DNA from: Girardia tigrina
Taxonomy: Eukaryota
Direction: 5' to 3'
Assembly (NCBI GenBank): GCA_001938485.1
Contig: MQRK01214315.1
Span: 19,372 to 83,371, forward strand
Length of the DNA stretch: 64,000 nucleotides
In this document: in pieces, positions 36,901 through 50,127 of the stretch
How positions within the stretch are numbered: the first letter of the stretch is position 1
Layout: every line of letters begins with the position of its first letter
The notes under the pieces: model-generated
What the model was told of the DNA's origin: nothing
What the model saw: the letters and a program-made list of their open reading frames with translations, nothing else
The model's database searches: none
Made by a program: the position numbers and the translations under genes

Positions 36901-39149
36901 GTCGAAAGCACAAAAAAAGATAAAAAGAGAAGAGGAAGAAATAAAAGAACTATATAATGCGTTTTACAATCATTTAATTTAATTTGTTTTAAATAATTGT
37001 TCATTAAGACGTTATTAATATTTAAATAAATTAAATATTAATTTTAAATTTTATGTTTGTATAGTAAGAAAGATAAATTAAACAATCTAAGAATCAAGAA
37101 ATATATGCATATATACACAATAAATATAATAATATTATGATAATAATAATTATTAATCATAAATAATCTAAAATTTTGATACTAGATAGAGAAATGGAAA
37201 TCCAATTATAATTTCTAGAAAACTCCTTTGATAACCAAAATTGTCTGTCTATCGAATTTTTGACTTATTCAACCTTTGAAGCATTTTTAGAATTTAATAG
37301 CAATAATTTTAAAAATAAAATTATTAATAAATAAGTAAAAGAAAATGTTTCTTTGAAACATTGAAAAGCAGAGATTAATTAAAGTCTTTCGTTTAGTATA
37401 GTAAATAAAGATGTGATAAAACATTATGGCGAGAAACTTTTAAAAAATATTTATATTATAAAAATGATCATAATGTTAACATAAAAAATTTCAATTAAAA
37501 TAAAAAATATTTGATATAAAGATATTTCAATAAAAACTTTATTTGAATTAAATATAAATAATTTAAATTTTTTAACGTATAAAATATTGTTATAAAATAA
37601 ATATAAAATTATTTTATTGGCACTACGATTCTAAGAATATTACCAAGCATCGATCAGTTAAAACATTTATTAAACTAATACCTTTATTATAAATTTCATT
37701 GTAAGATAACTCCCTTGATCAATGGTACAAAACTGAAAATAAAAGAATGTAACCGTGGAAATACAACTACATCCATTGCCTGTCTTAACAGATCGGCTTC
37801 GTCAACTAAGCAATAAGTAACATTATAATTTTTGATAAATTAAGATTTAAAATATTGTGTTAAAGATTGTATAACTATTATAATATTTAATATTTATTTC
37901 CAGAGAGGTCTATGATACATCCAAAAATACTTGATTATTATTTTTTAAATAAAAAAAACGCAGTTCCAAATGATTATTTAATATTTTATTTATATTATTA
38001 TCGGTGTTTTATATTCGGCAAAATAAACAATTATATAGATTTTTTAGACAGTCTTTCGAATTTTCGGCTTTTTTTCATTTTATTTAAACAACTGTCAATT
38101 TTTTTTTATTATTATTATAATTATTTTTTTTATTAAAATGTTTTTTTTTCTGTTTTTGTTGATGAGCACTACAAATATAAATATAAATTTAGCTTGAAAT
38201 TCCGAAACATAAGTAAATCAAAACACTGCACAAGAATTCTATAAGAATATTTTCAATACGTTTCAAGTTTCAGATAGTCTTCAGCTATGAAATAACATTA
38301 TAAAAATATCTTGTAGATCAAACTACATTAAGAAAATTATCATTTCTTCTTCTTGACAAGATGTTTAGTGAGATCAATGATAAATTTAATTAAATTTTTA
38401 ACTGTAGTTATCGTTATAAATGTTTACCTAAACATATGTAGTATCAAAGCCACAATGATAATATAATAATAATTAACTTATAGACATACGTTACTATTTG
38501 CGACTGAACTCGTACTGGACTGTCTTGCTAATTTGATCACGAAATCAATTGGAACAAAAGAATCCAATCAGGTAAATATATTTTTTTCATAATATTTATT
38601 ATTTTTTATTTAAATCATTATATTTTCTGCTATTGAAATCTTTCTCTTATAAAAACTAAAATAATATGAATACAGCAAAATTATCTTGCCTACAAATTCT
38701 CAGATAGCAAATAATTTTTGGAATGTAATTTTAAAATAAAGTAAAAATGTATAAATCAATACTCATCAACCAACACTTGAAAGATCTATCAATTACCAAA
38801 CTAAGAAGCCTTTGCTTTTTTCCATTGTTCCGCAAATAAACAAACACAGAAATATGTGATAATAATAAAAATTTACAACTGAATAAAAGCGTGAATCTAA
38901 GATGCGAAAAATCTCCCGTCATTTAAATTAAAAATTTATGAAACCTCATTAATTCAATTATATTGAAAAGTTATTCTAAGAAAACAATGAATTCCCTTAA
39001 TTGTACTAGATTCGAAGCTAGCACGACTTAACCAAAATAAAAAATTTATGGAAAATAAAATATTAGGCATTTTTAAATATTTACAAGTAAACTTGAAAAA
39101 AGGTGGCAATTTTTTATTATAAACAAATAAACGCCATTTAAAAATATAT

Positions 39150-40275
39150 TTTATGATAATATATTTCGACGGTTTAACCGTCATCATCAGATCACTGATT
39201 ATGTTCTTTTTTATTGCTTTTATAAAAGAAATGAATGATTATGCAATCACTTACGTAAGTCTAATCGGAAACGCTTAACAAATTAGTTGAGAGTGCTGTT
39301 TGAACATTGATTTTAGGATCACATGATCTTATCAACAATGCTTCACGTGACACTCTCTTCCAATAATTTTTAAAATGCTTGCACAAAATCTTAAAATCGT
39401 TTATGCTCATATTACATTTACACGTTTTTTTATGCTCAGCAATATTACTCTTTCCCCCTTTTTGACTGTGTTCTTGGACTCGTTTGCAGAGATGACGGGC
39501 AGTCTCTCCGATGTATGTGGCATTGCACCCATTACATGTGTATTGATAAACAATGTCCGAACACAATCCTAAAGGAGTATGTGATCTATTGCAAAACATA
39601 TTCTCAACTTTAAATGGTTGAGAAATAATTTTTAAATTTAAAATGTTATTTGTTGATTTCAAGATCGAATTCTTGAGGTGTTTAAAACCCTCGGAGTAAG
39701 GTAAGCTTAGAGTATACCCAGGTATAAAGCAGTTTTCAATGTTTAAACTATTATTTTTTTCATTTTAGATTTTTTCTTTTTCGATTATTTTATCTACAGT
39801 CTCACGAGTGAGTCTGTCTATGATGGACTTAGAGTAACCATTATTATTCAATAACTTGCTCAATGTATCAATATTTTTAATAGATTTCAAAAACGTGGAA
39901 GAAAGAGACCAAGAGCGGTATAACAAACCTTTGATCATATTCCTTTTATATTTAAACTCACAAAAACTGTTTATGGAGGTGTACAAACCAGTATCAGTTT
40001 TCTTTCGATATATTTAAGTTTCATAATGATCATTTTTCCTTTCAATTAACAAATCAAGGAATGGTAATTTTCCGTTTATTTCCTGTTCTACTGTAACGAT
40101 TATATTTGGATGAATCGAATTCATGTAATCTAGAAAAGGAAACACATGTTCTCGTGATTCAAAGATTTGAAAGATATCATCCACATATCTCTTATAAAGT
40201 AGTGGTTTTTCCCCAAAAACAATTCTATTTTTTCCTTAATGGAAGAAAGAAATATAGAGGCTAACGTCGGTGCTG
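39150..40275 (-). mobile_element. Penelope-like retroelement (RT C-half plus GIY-YIG), 5' truncated
   Basis: APTLASIF, YKRYVDDIF, LPFLDLLI, and IVYQYTCNGCNATYIGETARHL..EALLI..PKINVQ. Confidence 0.9.
39153..39196 (-). ncRNA. Minimal hammerhead ribozyme (Penelope 3' pLTR)
   Basis: gtgat CTGATGA t GACGG ttaaa CCGTC GAAA T at A TT atcat; stems I and II both 5 bp. Confidence 0.85.
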
Positions 40276-40499
40276 TCTTATATATAGCAAATTGATGATT
40301 ATGCAAACATCTTGTGTGATAACTAATTAAATATTTTCAAGAAGGTGGAAGAGAAAAAATAAATGAAATAAAATAAAATGAAAATAAATTAAATCACTTA
40401 ATCATTAATGTCCAAAAAGTCTCCCACTTTTTTGAAAATATTTAATTAGTTATTACACAAGATGTTTGCATAATCATCAATTTGCTTTATATAAGACAG
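40273..40499. repeat. ~80-bp inverted repeat (inverted partial pLTR)
   Basis: ctgtcttatata..catcttgtgt.ataactaattaaatattttcaa is mirrored at 40420-40499; the right arm runs into a hammerhead. Confidence 0.85.
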
Positions 40500-40507
40500 T
40501 AAAATTG

Positions 40508-40556
40508 TTGTTAATTCAGCCTGAAGATGGTGGAAAATCACCCGAAATATATTGCG

Positions 40557-40560
<4 letters not shown>
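40508..40560 (+). ncRNA. Minimal hammerhead ribozyme
   Basis: agc CTGAAGA t GGTGG aaaa TCACC c GAAA T at A TT gc. Confidence 0.7.
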
Positions 40561-40596
<36 letters not shown>

Positions 40597-40894
40597 ACTT
40601 TTTATTTTTCTGGATATGTTTCGATGTTTTTAGACATCATCTTCAACGATTTTTAATTGTAATCTAAAATTTCCTATAATTGGGAACAATTTAATTTTAC
40701 TTTAAATTTAAATAATGATGATGTGAAAATAAATCGAAACATGTCCGGAATAATAGAAAGTGTTTTAGTCAAATTATTTGTAAACAAAATCAAACTGGTG
40801 TTTAAGTGTTAACTGGTGTTTAGTGTTACATATATAATTTTAAATACATATAAAAAATTTAAATACATATATAAAAAAATTTTTTATTATACAA

Positions 40895-40931
40895 TACAAT
40901 ATGTTTCGCCATGACGGCGTCATCAGTTGTG
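40895..40931 (-). ncRNA. Minimal hammerhead ribozyme, stem III imperfect
   Basis: acaa CTGATGA c GCCG tca TGGC GAAA cata ttgt. Confidence 0.65.
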
Positions 40932-41434
40932 AAAGAATTTCAAATATATGGCACATATGTTAACTTTGAAACTGAATTTACAGTTTTGAAGAAAATTTTT
41001 GACACATTATAAGAAAATAGTCCCTAATCCATTATTAATAAAGCATTAAAACCCATGCTTAAATATCCAAAGTTAATTGTCATATCATATTAAATTTTAT
41101 TTAAATAATTAAAAAAAAGATAAATTTTGCAATAGTCAATGTGGTATATGATGACTTGTAATCAATGAGTAATTAAGTGACACAAACATACACACACAAC
41201 CTCTCCCTCTATATAATTATGCCACATGTGTCTCGATGGCATAATTACTGACATATGCTACAAATGTCATCTAACCATATTTAAACATGTAAAGTTATTC
41301 TTAAAACCATATTAAAATATTTTAAAGCATATTTTTAAGACATATGGCATAATAGTCTTTCAACTATATAAATATCAATTAATCACTTTATTTTATTTAC
41401 TATGAATGTTCAGCATTGAATAATAAGAAATTTT

Positions 41435-42084
41435 GGATCATGTTAAAAGTACGCCCCTAAAATTACACAACTAAAAAGTACGCCCCTAAAATTACACAAC
41501 TAAAAAATATGCCCCCGTGTAATAAATACAATAAAAACACAATACAACATTATGAAATTTATTCATCATTAAAATAATTTTTCAATAAATTCATCAATTT
41601 TTCAAAAGAATCTCCAGAAATGTTGTCTCGCCACATAAACTCATTAAGGTAATCCTACAAAAATTCTTTTTTGACTCCTTTCATTTTCTTGCACCGTGTT
41701 TTGTTTTTATTCCAATAAGATTCAACATTTTGTGTGTGAATCCCGGTTCTAGGCTCTACAAAATTAATCGAATGATTAACTGTATCATGATCATATCCTA
41801 GAGCATTTAAATTGGAATATGCTATCGTGTCTTGTAAATCAGCATTCATTAGTCTTCTTATGATTGTTTCATACGTACTAGGTGACGTGATCCAAAAAAT
41901 ATTTATGAACATTAAAATAAATAAGATGTATTTATAATGAGAGATAATTACATAACTAAAAAGTACGCCCCTAAAAATTACACAACTAAAAAGTACACCC
42001 CTAAAATTACACAACTAAAAAGTACGCCCCTAAAATTACACAACTAAAAAATATGCCCCTGGGGGCATATTTTTAACAAGATCC
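41435..42084 (-). mobile_element. Merlin (IS1016/IS1595-like) transposon, internally deleted
   Basis: TIR GGATC(A/T)TGTTAAAA..GCCCC; 8-bp TSD gaaatttt/aaaatttt; HDTVNHSINFVEPRTGIHTQNVESYW motif; 28-bp tandem repeats at both ends. Confidence 0.9.
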
Positions 42085-43292
42085 AAAATTTTTATTATAA
42101 AAAGGAAAAATTTATTGTTATTAAAGAAAAGTTATATATTAATATTTATAGTGAGAATTTCTGTAAAAATATTTTTCTTTTATTTGAGATCTAGAAAATT
42201 CTGAAGATTTTGTTTATCTAAATCGTTGCTGAGAAACATTGATTGTGGTGTTGTTAAAAAGAAAGAATCGCTAATTTCAATTGCTGGAGTGTGGAAAAAA
42301 AATGTTTCTGAAGAATTTTTTCGTTTTGTTTTTGATACAAAATATTGCGAGTTTTCAACTAAATATAATGATCAATGTATTATGTATTATCAACAATTTA
42401 AATTTAATTTGACTTGGAGAAGTGAATCAGGTTCCTTAATCTATTCTGATGATTACCAAAACAAAATTTACGAAATCATTGAGATACCCCAAATCTGATT
42501 TTTATTTTGGGTTCGGAATTGATCATAAAAAAAGATCAATTTGATTTTTAAAATGATCATTTTTGTCAAACGTAACAGATGAAATATGTGATTGATTTCA
42601 ATTTTTTAAATAAACTGGACATTATTTCATTCCAGCAAAGTTTTCAATTCAATTTGCCCGTTGACAATGAAAGAGGAGAGGGATGGAGTTGCACAAAATG
42701 GTATTTATTTTCTACGAGGATGTCTTCCCTTCTTATTTCCGGTGTGAGCCCGAACCCTTCAACCTAAAATTGAAAAGAACACTGAAAATATCATACAAGG
42801 AAACCGATTTGTTTTATCACTAAATTTCAAAAGAAATTAGCTTTCTTTTCGTTAAATAATTAATGCATTGATTACATCTTTTTTCATCTTGTTTTCAAAC
42901 AATTTTTTGCATTGCAGTTGAAAGTTTCACGCGAATATTCTCATACATTGCATAAGTCACCTAATTATTAATTAATGACAACACATGATGGACAGATATC
43001 GCATGTCCATAAGTGTACACTAACCACTTTTTAGTCGTCGCGTGTCAATAATATACAAAACTGTTTCAGAAACATTAAATATTACTATAACAGGTTCTAA
43101 AGCAAATCAAAATACCTTATTAATAAAATAATATACTAAAGTAATCAACATTATTTTGTGTGACCTTTCATAACTTGATAAATAGGCACACGGATTTTCA
43201 AAGAATTTGTAATAGTGCTACTCAAGGAAAACAAAAAGTGAGGCTTCATCCACCTTAAATTATTTTTATCTACTTTAAATATCCGCTTAGAA

Positions 43293-43586
43293 AAGTGGTT
43301 CTCAACCTTTATAGTGTCTGGACCCTTTTATTAGAATTCCCAAAGTTGTGGCAACCCCCAACTGTAAAATTAGTTTTGTCAATATGCCAAAGTAACTGTA
43401 CTATTACTACTGTTATCAATCGTAATGTAAATATATGATATGCAGAAAAATATTTTACATTAAAATGCTATATAGTTGACAGATTAGAATACAAACAAAA
43501 GTACATTTTTAATGGTCTTTGACGATCCCTGGCAAATTGTCATTCGACCCTCGACGGGGTCGCAATCCACAGTTTGAAAACTGCTG
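43293..43586. mobile_element. hAT (Charlie-type) MITE
   Basis: AAGTGGTTCTCAACC / GTTTGAAAACTGCTG ends; perfect 8-bp TSD gcttagaa. Confidence 0.8.
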
Positions 43587-43605
43587 GCTTAGAACGAACG
43601 AAATA

Positions 43606-44888
43606 TTAGGTTGGTCGAAAAATAATGGCAGTTTTGGGACACAAACTTCAAAGACGTACAAATTCACAGAAACAAAAGTTTATTAATCAAAGTATGAACC
43701 GTTGGCATCAATACATTTTTNNNNNNNNNNNNNNNNNNNNNNNNNNNNNNNNNNNNNNNNNNNNNNNNNNNNNNNNNNNNNNNNNNNNNNGAAGGCATTT
43801 TGAGCATCATTTTGGTTTTTGAAAATTTTTCACGTAGGAAGTTGTACAAATGCCTGAAAAAGTAGAAGTCCGTTGGCGAGAGGTCTGGTGAATATGGTGG
43901 ATGAAGCAGCGTTTCATAGTCCAACTCATTAAGCTTTTGAAGAGTCACTTTTGAAATATGAGGTCTAGCGTTATCATGAAGAAGGACGGGATTTTTTTGC
44001 TTGATCAATCCCGGACAAAGGGTTTTCAATTTTTTATGCATTTCATCAATTTCATGACAGTACCTCTCCGCTGTGATTGTTTCACCTGGATTCAAGAAAC
44101 TATAGTGGATGATTCCAGCATCACACCTCCAAACTGTCACCATAACCTTACGGGGTGTTAGTTTCAGTACTTCATCTTTGTCCAACCACTGTGCAGATCG
44201 AAGTCGGTTATCATACAGAATCCATTTCTCATCACAGGTAATAATACGATCAAGAAATGGATCGTTTTTATTGCGAAGATGATTTGCAGAACAAATTTCA
44301 TAGCGTCGGTTCTTTTGATTTTCATTCAAATCATGTGGAACCCATTTATCAAGTTTCTTGATTTTTCCAAGTTGTTTTAAATGATCCAGGACTGTTGAAT
44401 GACTAATGCCCAACCCATCTGCAAGTTCACTGATTGTTGTACGGGGATCTGTTTCCACCATTGTCCTCAAATTGTCGTTGTTCACAGCAACTGGACGACC
44501 ACGATCTTCTTCATCTTCAAGGTTTTCAACTCCATCAGAAAATTTTTGGAACCATTGTTGCACTGTGCGCTCAGAAGCTGTTCCCTTGTCAAACGCTTTA
44601 TTGATATTGCGAGCCGTTTCTGCTGCTTTACGACCCAGTTCAAATTCGTACAAGAAAATTGCTCGAATTTTAATTTTTTCCATTATTAATTTAGCACCGT
44701 AAATATTCNNNNNNNNNNNNNNNNNNNNNNNNNNNNNNNNNNNNNNNNNNNNNNNNNNTAGGAATATACAGCTAGGCATAAGATTTCAAATAATATCTAA
44801 CACTAATGCATTTAAACTTATATACATATCAAAGTAGATAAACAACGTATAAAGCTCAAAAACCGCCATTATTTTTCAACCAACCTAA
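43606..44888 (-). mobile_element. mariner (cecropia/Hsmar1-like), near full length (1283 bp)
   Basis: TIR TTAGGTTGGT(C/T)GAAAAATAATGGC with TA; ORF has WVPHDL, TCDEKW, HDNARPH and YSPDLSPTD. Confidence 0.95.
43791..44683 (-). CDS. mariner transposase, mostly open; small deletion and probable 3' frameshift
   Basis: MEKIKIRAIFLYEF..YSPDLSPTDFYFF, DD34D. Confidence 0.8.
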
Positions 44889-45971
44889 TAGCAGTTAAAT
44901 GGTGCAGATATTAACAAATTTTAAAGTTTTGCTATACAATTTTCGAAAAATGCCACCAGTTGTTAATGAACAAGAATGATGCAGTCATCGTTTTCACACA
45001 TTGATTAAAGAACGTCTTGGCCACACAGCTCAATTGTTGAGCAAAGAGACCTGCGGTAATCTTTTGATCAGAATATCAAACCATACAAATTCCTTCATAT
45101 TTAATTATACAAAAAACACGGTTTTCTTTAGTTGTTTAAAAAAGCGAACAAATTTATTTTAGTTAATCAAACATAATAATAATAATATTTTCTTAACTTA
45201 AGTTTTTTAATTAATGTTCTTTTTATCTAGAAAATAATTCTTATTACCAAAATTGCTTAATTTATCGGGAATTTCTTTGATGATTCAATCCGAATATAAA
45301 TAATTATTTGAATTAATTAATATAAATTTATAAAATTCTACAATTCAAAGTTTTACGATTTAAAAAAAATTATGACTGAGAAAAACAAAATAAAATTATA
45401 TAATATTTATTTTTTTTTAATTTTTTAGATAGTGAAATATTTTTAATATATAATAATGAAATAAATCTGGGCTATCTAGGGTTTCTTTTATCTCGAATGT
45501 AGAATAAAGTTTTGTTATAAAATATGAAGACAAAATCTTTCTTGAAAATTTTTTTTTAATAAAATGAATTAATAATAAAAAATACATATTTTTATTAATA
45601 AATTATTTTAACTTGTTTATTATTTAACTTTCGGATTAACTTTCGTGGAAAAGACAAAAGCCTTATGAAGATAGAAATATATTTTAATTAATATGTAAAA
45701 TATAAAATTCGATTTTCATAACAAAAATATAAAGATTCTTTTATTAAAATAAATTGGAATTTTAGACATTTATCAATAAATTAACAGACTCTTTTTAAAC
45801 AAAAAAATTAATGTATTTTCTTTTCTACTATTAAATAAATATTTCTTTTATTTTTAAAGGTTAAATAATTTTTAAGCTTCTCTTCCAAGTTTCTTTACAA
45901 TCGAATGATTTCAAATTATTTATATAATAAATTAATCTATAAACATATGAATATAATATATATTTTCAGAT

Positions 45972-46503
45972 TGTGAGGAATATTTTAAATTTGGTATGTT
46001 GAAATTGGTTTGTTGAATTTTGTATTTTGATTTTAGTATTTGGAAATGTGTTTCTCCCACCCAGATGGAAAATTGATATTTTAGATGTTTACGATAAATA
46101 ATTATTCGAGTATAATTTACATTTTAAAGTACATCATAAGATATTTAAAAACATTAAAAATATTAAATTGTTTCAAATTTCAATATTAAAAATTTAAATA
46201 AAGTAAATAGCTTTTAACTAAGTTTTGAATTAAATAAATGTTCTTTCTCTCCATAAAATAATTTTTAAATAAAATTAATATGTAAATAAAATTATTACTA
46301 AAATTACAAAATTTGAACTTTAAAAATAAAATCTGAAAATAATGAAAAATTTGTTCGAATAATTGTTTATTAACAAACATTAACTAAAATTTATCAATTT
46401 AGAACGATGTCGAATTACGAGAGTTTTGCTGAGAGTTGTCCAAAAGACAATTCTGATTGTATTGAAAATAAAAGTTCGAAAACCCATGTTGGTGTTCTTA
46501 ATA
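45972..46503 (+). repeat. Solo LTR related to the 24.8-kb Gypsy family
   Basis: Shares TGTGAGGAATATTT start, ggaaatgtg..cccagatgga core and gtgttcttaata end; 5-bp TSD CAGAT. Confidence 0.85.
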
Positions 46504-46664
46504 CAGATAATAATACAAAATGTTGATACAACAAACAAATTTTAATTATTATCAAATGTTTCGATGTTTGTCTATTTTACAATAAATACCGGTACAAATA
46601 AAGGTCACTACCACTTTCTAAGTTTTGTATGCACGCCCATTCATAATTCACTTTACAAATGAAG

Positions 46665-46726
<62 letters not shown>

Positions 46727-46779
46727 TGTTTATTAATGATCAAATGGATCAACTTATAACTTTTTCTTTTCAATGTACA

Positions 46780-48060
46780 GATGCAATCTGCGGAGAATAC
46801 GATTACTAATGGAAAGCAACACAGTCACTAGAACGTCCACAAATGCTTTTCAAATCATGTTTTGCAGTTTTTGCTTGGTTTTGATCTTCTATTTTATGAG
46901 TTTGAGTTTCAACAACCCACAAAGCGCATTCTGATTGAGAAAATGTCTTGTTGCGATCCATATGCTATAACCTATTGCCTAACTGATTCATCTACCTGTG
47001 ATAGTATTCCCCCATGCTGTCAAACTAGCGTCTGTATCTCGAATAAAATGTTTCCCGAAGTCTGGAAAACTCAGCATTTGAGCCGTTATTAATGCTTTCT
47101 TCATGTTCTGAAATGCTATCTCGCGCGCCTCTGTCCAAATCAGTTTTCTTTATTTTAACCGCACATTTTTTCTAACAACTTAGCTTTCTTCGCGTACCCG
47201 TTCATAAATCTTCTGTAGTAATTACAAATTCCCAAAAAAACTCCTTCAAATTTTGATACATGTATGTTATAATACGTATGTTATAATATGTATGTCTTAA
47301 CAATTTAACTTCTTGTCTTAATATTTTGCATTTTGTTGGTCTTAGTTTTAATTCGTTTAAATTTTACAACTTTGTGGTTCTTTTCTGGTTCAATGTAGAG
47401 CTTCGGTTCACCCTTTTTAAAAAATATTTTTGACTAATTTAATTGTTTATTTTATTATTATTATTAATTGATTGATTAAATTTATTTATATTATTAAATT
47501 TATCGCAACTGAAGTGTCAAGATCGTTTCCTCATCGTCTTGGAAGGATTCTTTTGTTTATGTTGTTCACACTCTTCTGTTTCCATCAGCGTGATTTGTCG
47601 ACCTCTTTCGATTTCTCTTTGATACTCTTCTGAATTCCAATTTCCTTTATTTTTCCAATTTTCGAGTGGAAATTGTCAGTTGTTTTTCTTAAGTCTCCTT
47701 TGGTATTCATTTTTTGTTAATGCTGTCCTTGATATCAATTGTTCAGATTTGTGTAACGTACCGCCGTATGGTGTCCAAAGTTGTTATATCTTTTGCAAGC
47801 GATATTATTGCACTCGCTTAGGGCACCTCTTTCTCACATCGATAGCACGTAATTTTCTTTTTTTCATATACATTCATGGTTTTTGTGCCCTAATTCTTTA
47901 CAGTTTTAGCACATCATGTTTTTTCTCACTGATGTTCGTTTCTCAAACGTTTCTCCTTTCCTTCTCGTGGTTCCTTTTCTTGCCTCATCTCTGTACTTTT
48001 CCTTTTTTTCCATCATTGTACTTTTCTTTTGGAAGGCCTCTTGAAGAAGATTTTTAAAGA
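46780..48060 (-). mobile_element. Gypsy fragments (RNase H at 46780-47260, gag knuckle region at 47500-48060)
   Basis: Minus strand FLGICNYYRRF, FILDTDASL..AVLSQ..IAYGS; CYRCEKE knuckle. Confidence 0.65.
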
Positions 48061-48139
48061 CTCTAAAATTTGAAAGGTTGGAAAATACAGCTGAGGAATA
48101 TTTTGCAAAGGAAAAGAAGTTAATTGCAAACCTGGTAAA

Positions 48140-48810
48140 ACACAAATAAACGGAGGAAGAAAGGCCTTCTGATTCGTGGGTCGAAGAACAGTTTTGTATC
48201 AAAATGTGCATCGAAAAAGTACATGGTATAAAGAAAATAAACCTTGAACTGATGAGAAGCCTGGGCTTCATCCGAAAAATGTTCTTTTTTGTATTTTGTG
48301 GGACTGGAAGAGTGAAGTGTATGAGATCTTTTCTATAGGTGATACGATCTATGCTGACTAATATTGCAATAAATTGGATAAACTAAAGGCCGCCAAAGTA
48401 GAAAACGGTCATAATTGACGAATCAACTTGGTGTCGTCTTCCCTCACTACGATGCAATACCAGTCGTTGCATTGGCCATAAGGCATAAATTATTACATTT
48501 TGATTGGGATGTTTTGCCTCACCATCAGTACCCCACAGACCTTGCTTAATCCGATTTATACTTGTTTCTATCTTTAAAAAATCTCTCCGATGTAAATATT
48601 TCAAATCCATAAGCGAAATAAAGACGCACCTAGATAGATACTTTGAAAGTAAGCCTCAACAATTTTGGAAAGATGGTGTTAATGAGAGATTGGGGAGGGT
48701 TATAGAACAGAACGGTTCATATATAACATAATAAATCAACCTTAAACAACAAATATCGTGTATTCATTTCGTATCAAAAAAGGGAAGAAAGTTATGATGT
48801 ATAATACTAG
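48140..48810 (+). mobile_element. mariner 3' fragment, decayed
   Basis: KPGLHPKNVLFCILWDWK, WDVLPH..DLA.SDLYLF, YFESKPQQFWKDG..VIEQNGSYI. Confidence 0.75.
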
Positions 48811-49549
48811 TGTTCTTTTCATTCTTTTTTGTATTATGTAAATGCGTGCTACTGTTATTATTGTTATAAATATAGAAAAAAAATTTAAAATTAAATTTTA
48901 AAACATTAATGAAATAATAAATGATAACTAGGCGACTATTTAAAAAATACAACAATATTTAAAAGTTAAGTAATTAGCCATAATTTGCTGTCCTACCAGA
49001 TAAATCATATCCGTCATTACTCCGCATACCAGTGTAGAAACCAATCTCTGAATAAGTGTTCAATTCCCTATCATAAAAAAGAATAAATAAAATAACGAAG
49101 CAATTTTTGTATGATACTTTTGATCACAAATCAAATTAGAAAATCAAAAAAAATTTTAGATCCATGCTTTATATGAGCAGAATTCTTCTTAGCCAACTGA
49201 ATTTTTTCCTTATCTTTTGTTGAAGGGAAAATTACTATTATATTTTTAATAAATTTATTATGTTAATAGTGAATATTTAAATCTTTCGTAGAAAGGAAGA
49301 TTTCATGCAAAAAGTTTTTCCAAATCCATTAGCAATTAAATAATTACTAATAACATAATAAATTTATTCTAAATCATTTATATTTAATACAGTTTAAACA
49401 TTTGTGGATAATCGTAAAACGTTTTTTACAAAAAAAATTTTTCTGTTTACTAGTTTGATCAAATTTAAACATTATCATTTAGTAAGTAAGCGAAGTTTGA
49501 AGTAAATCGATTGAGTAAAAACCCTTCAAAAATAGGTTTCTAAATTCCA

Positions 49550-49584
<35 letters not shown>

Positions 49585-50127
49585 CAAGCTAATATAAAGC
49601 ATTGAAAAATCATTAAAAAATTGTCATGCAAATAATTAAATAAAACGACTTGAAGTTCAGTAGAAATAATGTTCAAGGTACAAGTAGAAATATACGTGGG
49701 CAATAAAGACTGGTACATATACCACTATCTCAGAACCTCTATTAACTGAGACTCATTCCCAAAATAGGGGATATCTACTGTAAACAAATGAGAAGCTTTT
49801 TAATGAGAAGCTAAATTATTATTTCTTCAAATGACAAGATTTTAAAGGAAATAAGTGAAATTCATTAAAATATTTCTTATATAAAAACTCATTCTCATTA
49901 ATAAAGAATAATTAGAAATTCAATTTAATAAAATAGAGGATTAAAAAAACCTCATTCGCAAATTAAATCATATAAAATTGTCCATAAATTGTATATTTAA
50001 TAAATAAGGTGTGTCCACTAAAAAAGTGCACAAGTTTTAAAACCATCATAACTTTTTAATTAGACCTTCAAATTGACGGAAATCTGAACAAAGACTAGAT
50101 CATAATAACACAAAAACTATTTTATTA

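Noticed and set aside
41444-42058. 28-bp repeats as a CRISPR array
   Set aside because: Head-to-tail with no unique spacers, inside Merlin TIRs, in a eukaryotic context.
42226-42767. Short ORFs as host genes
   Set aside because: No homology recognised; the candidate minus-strand exon contains stops.
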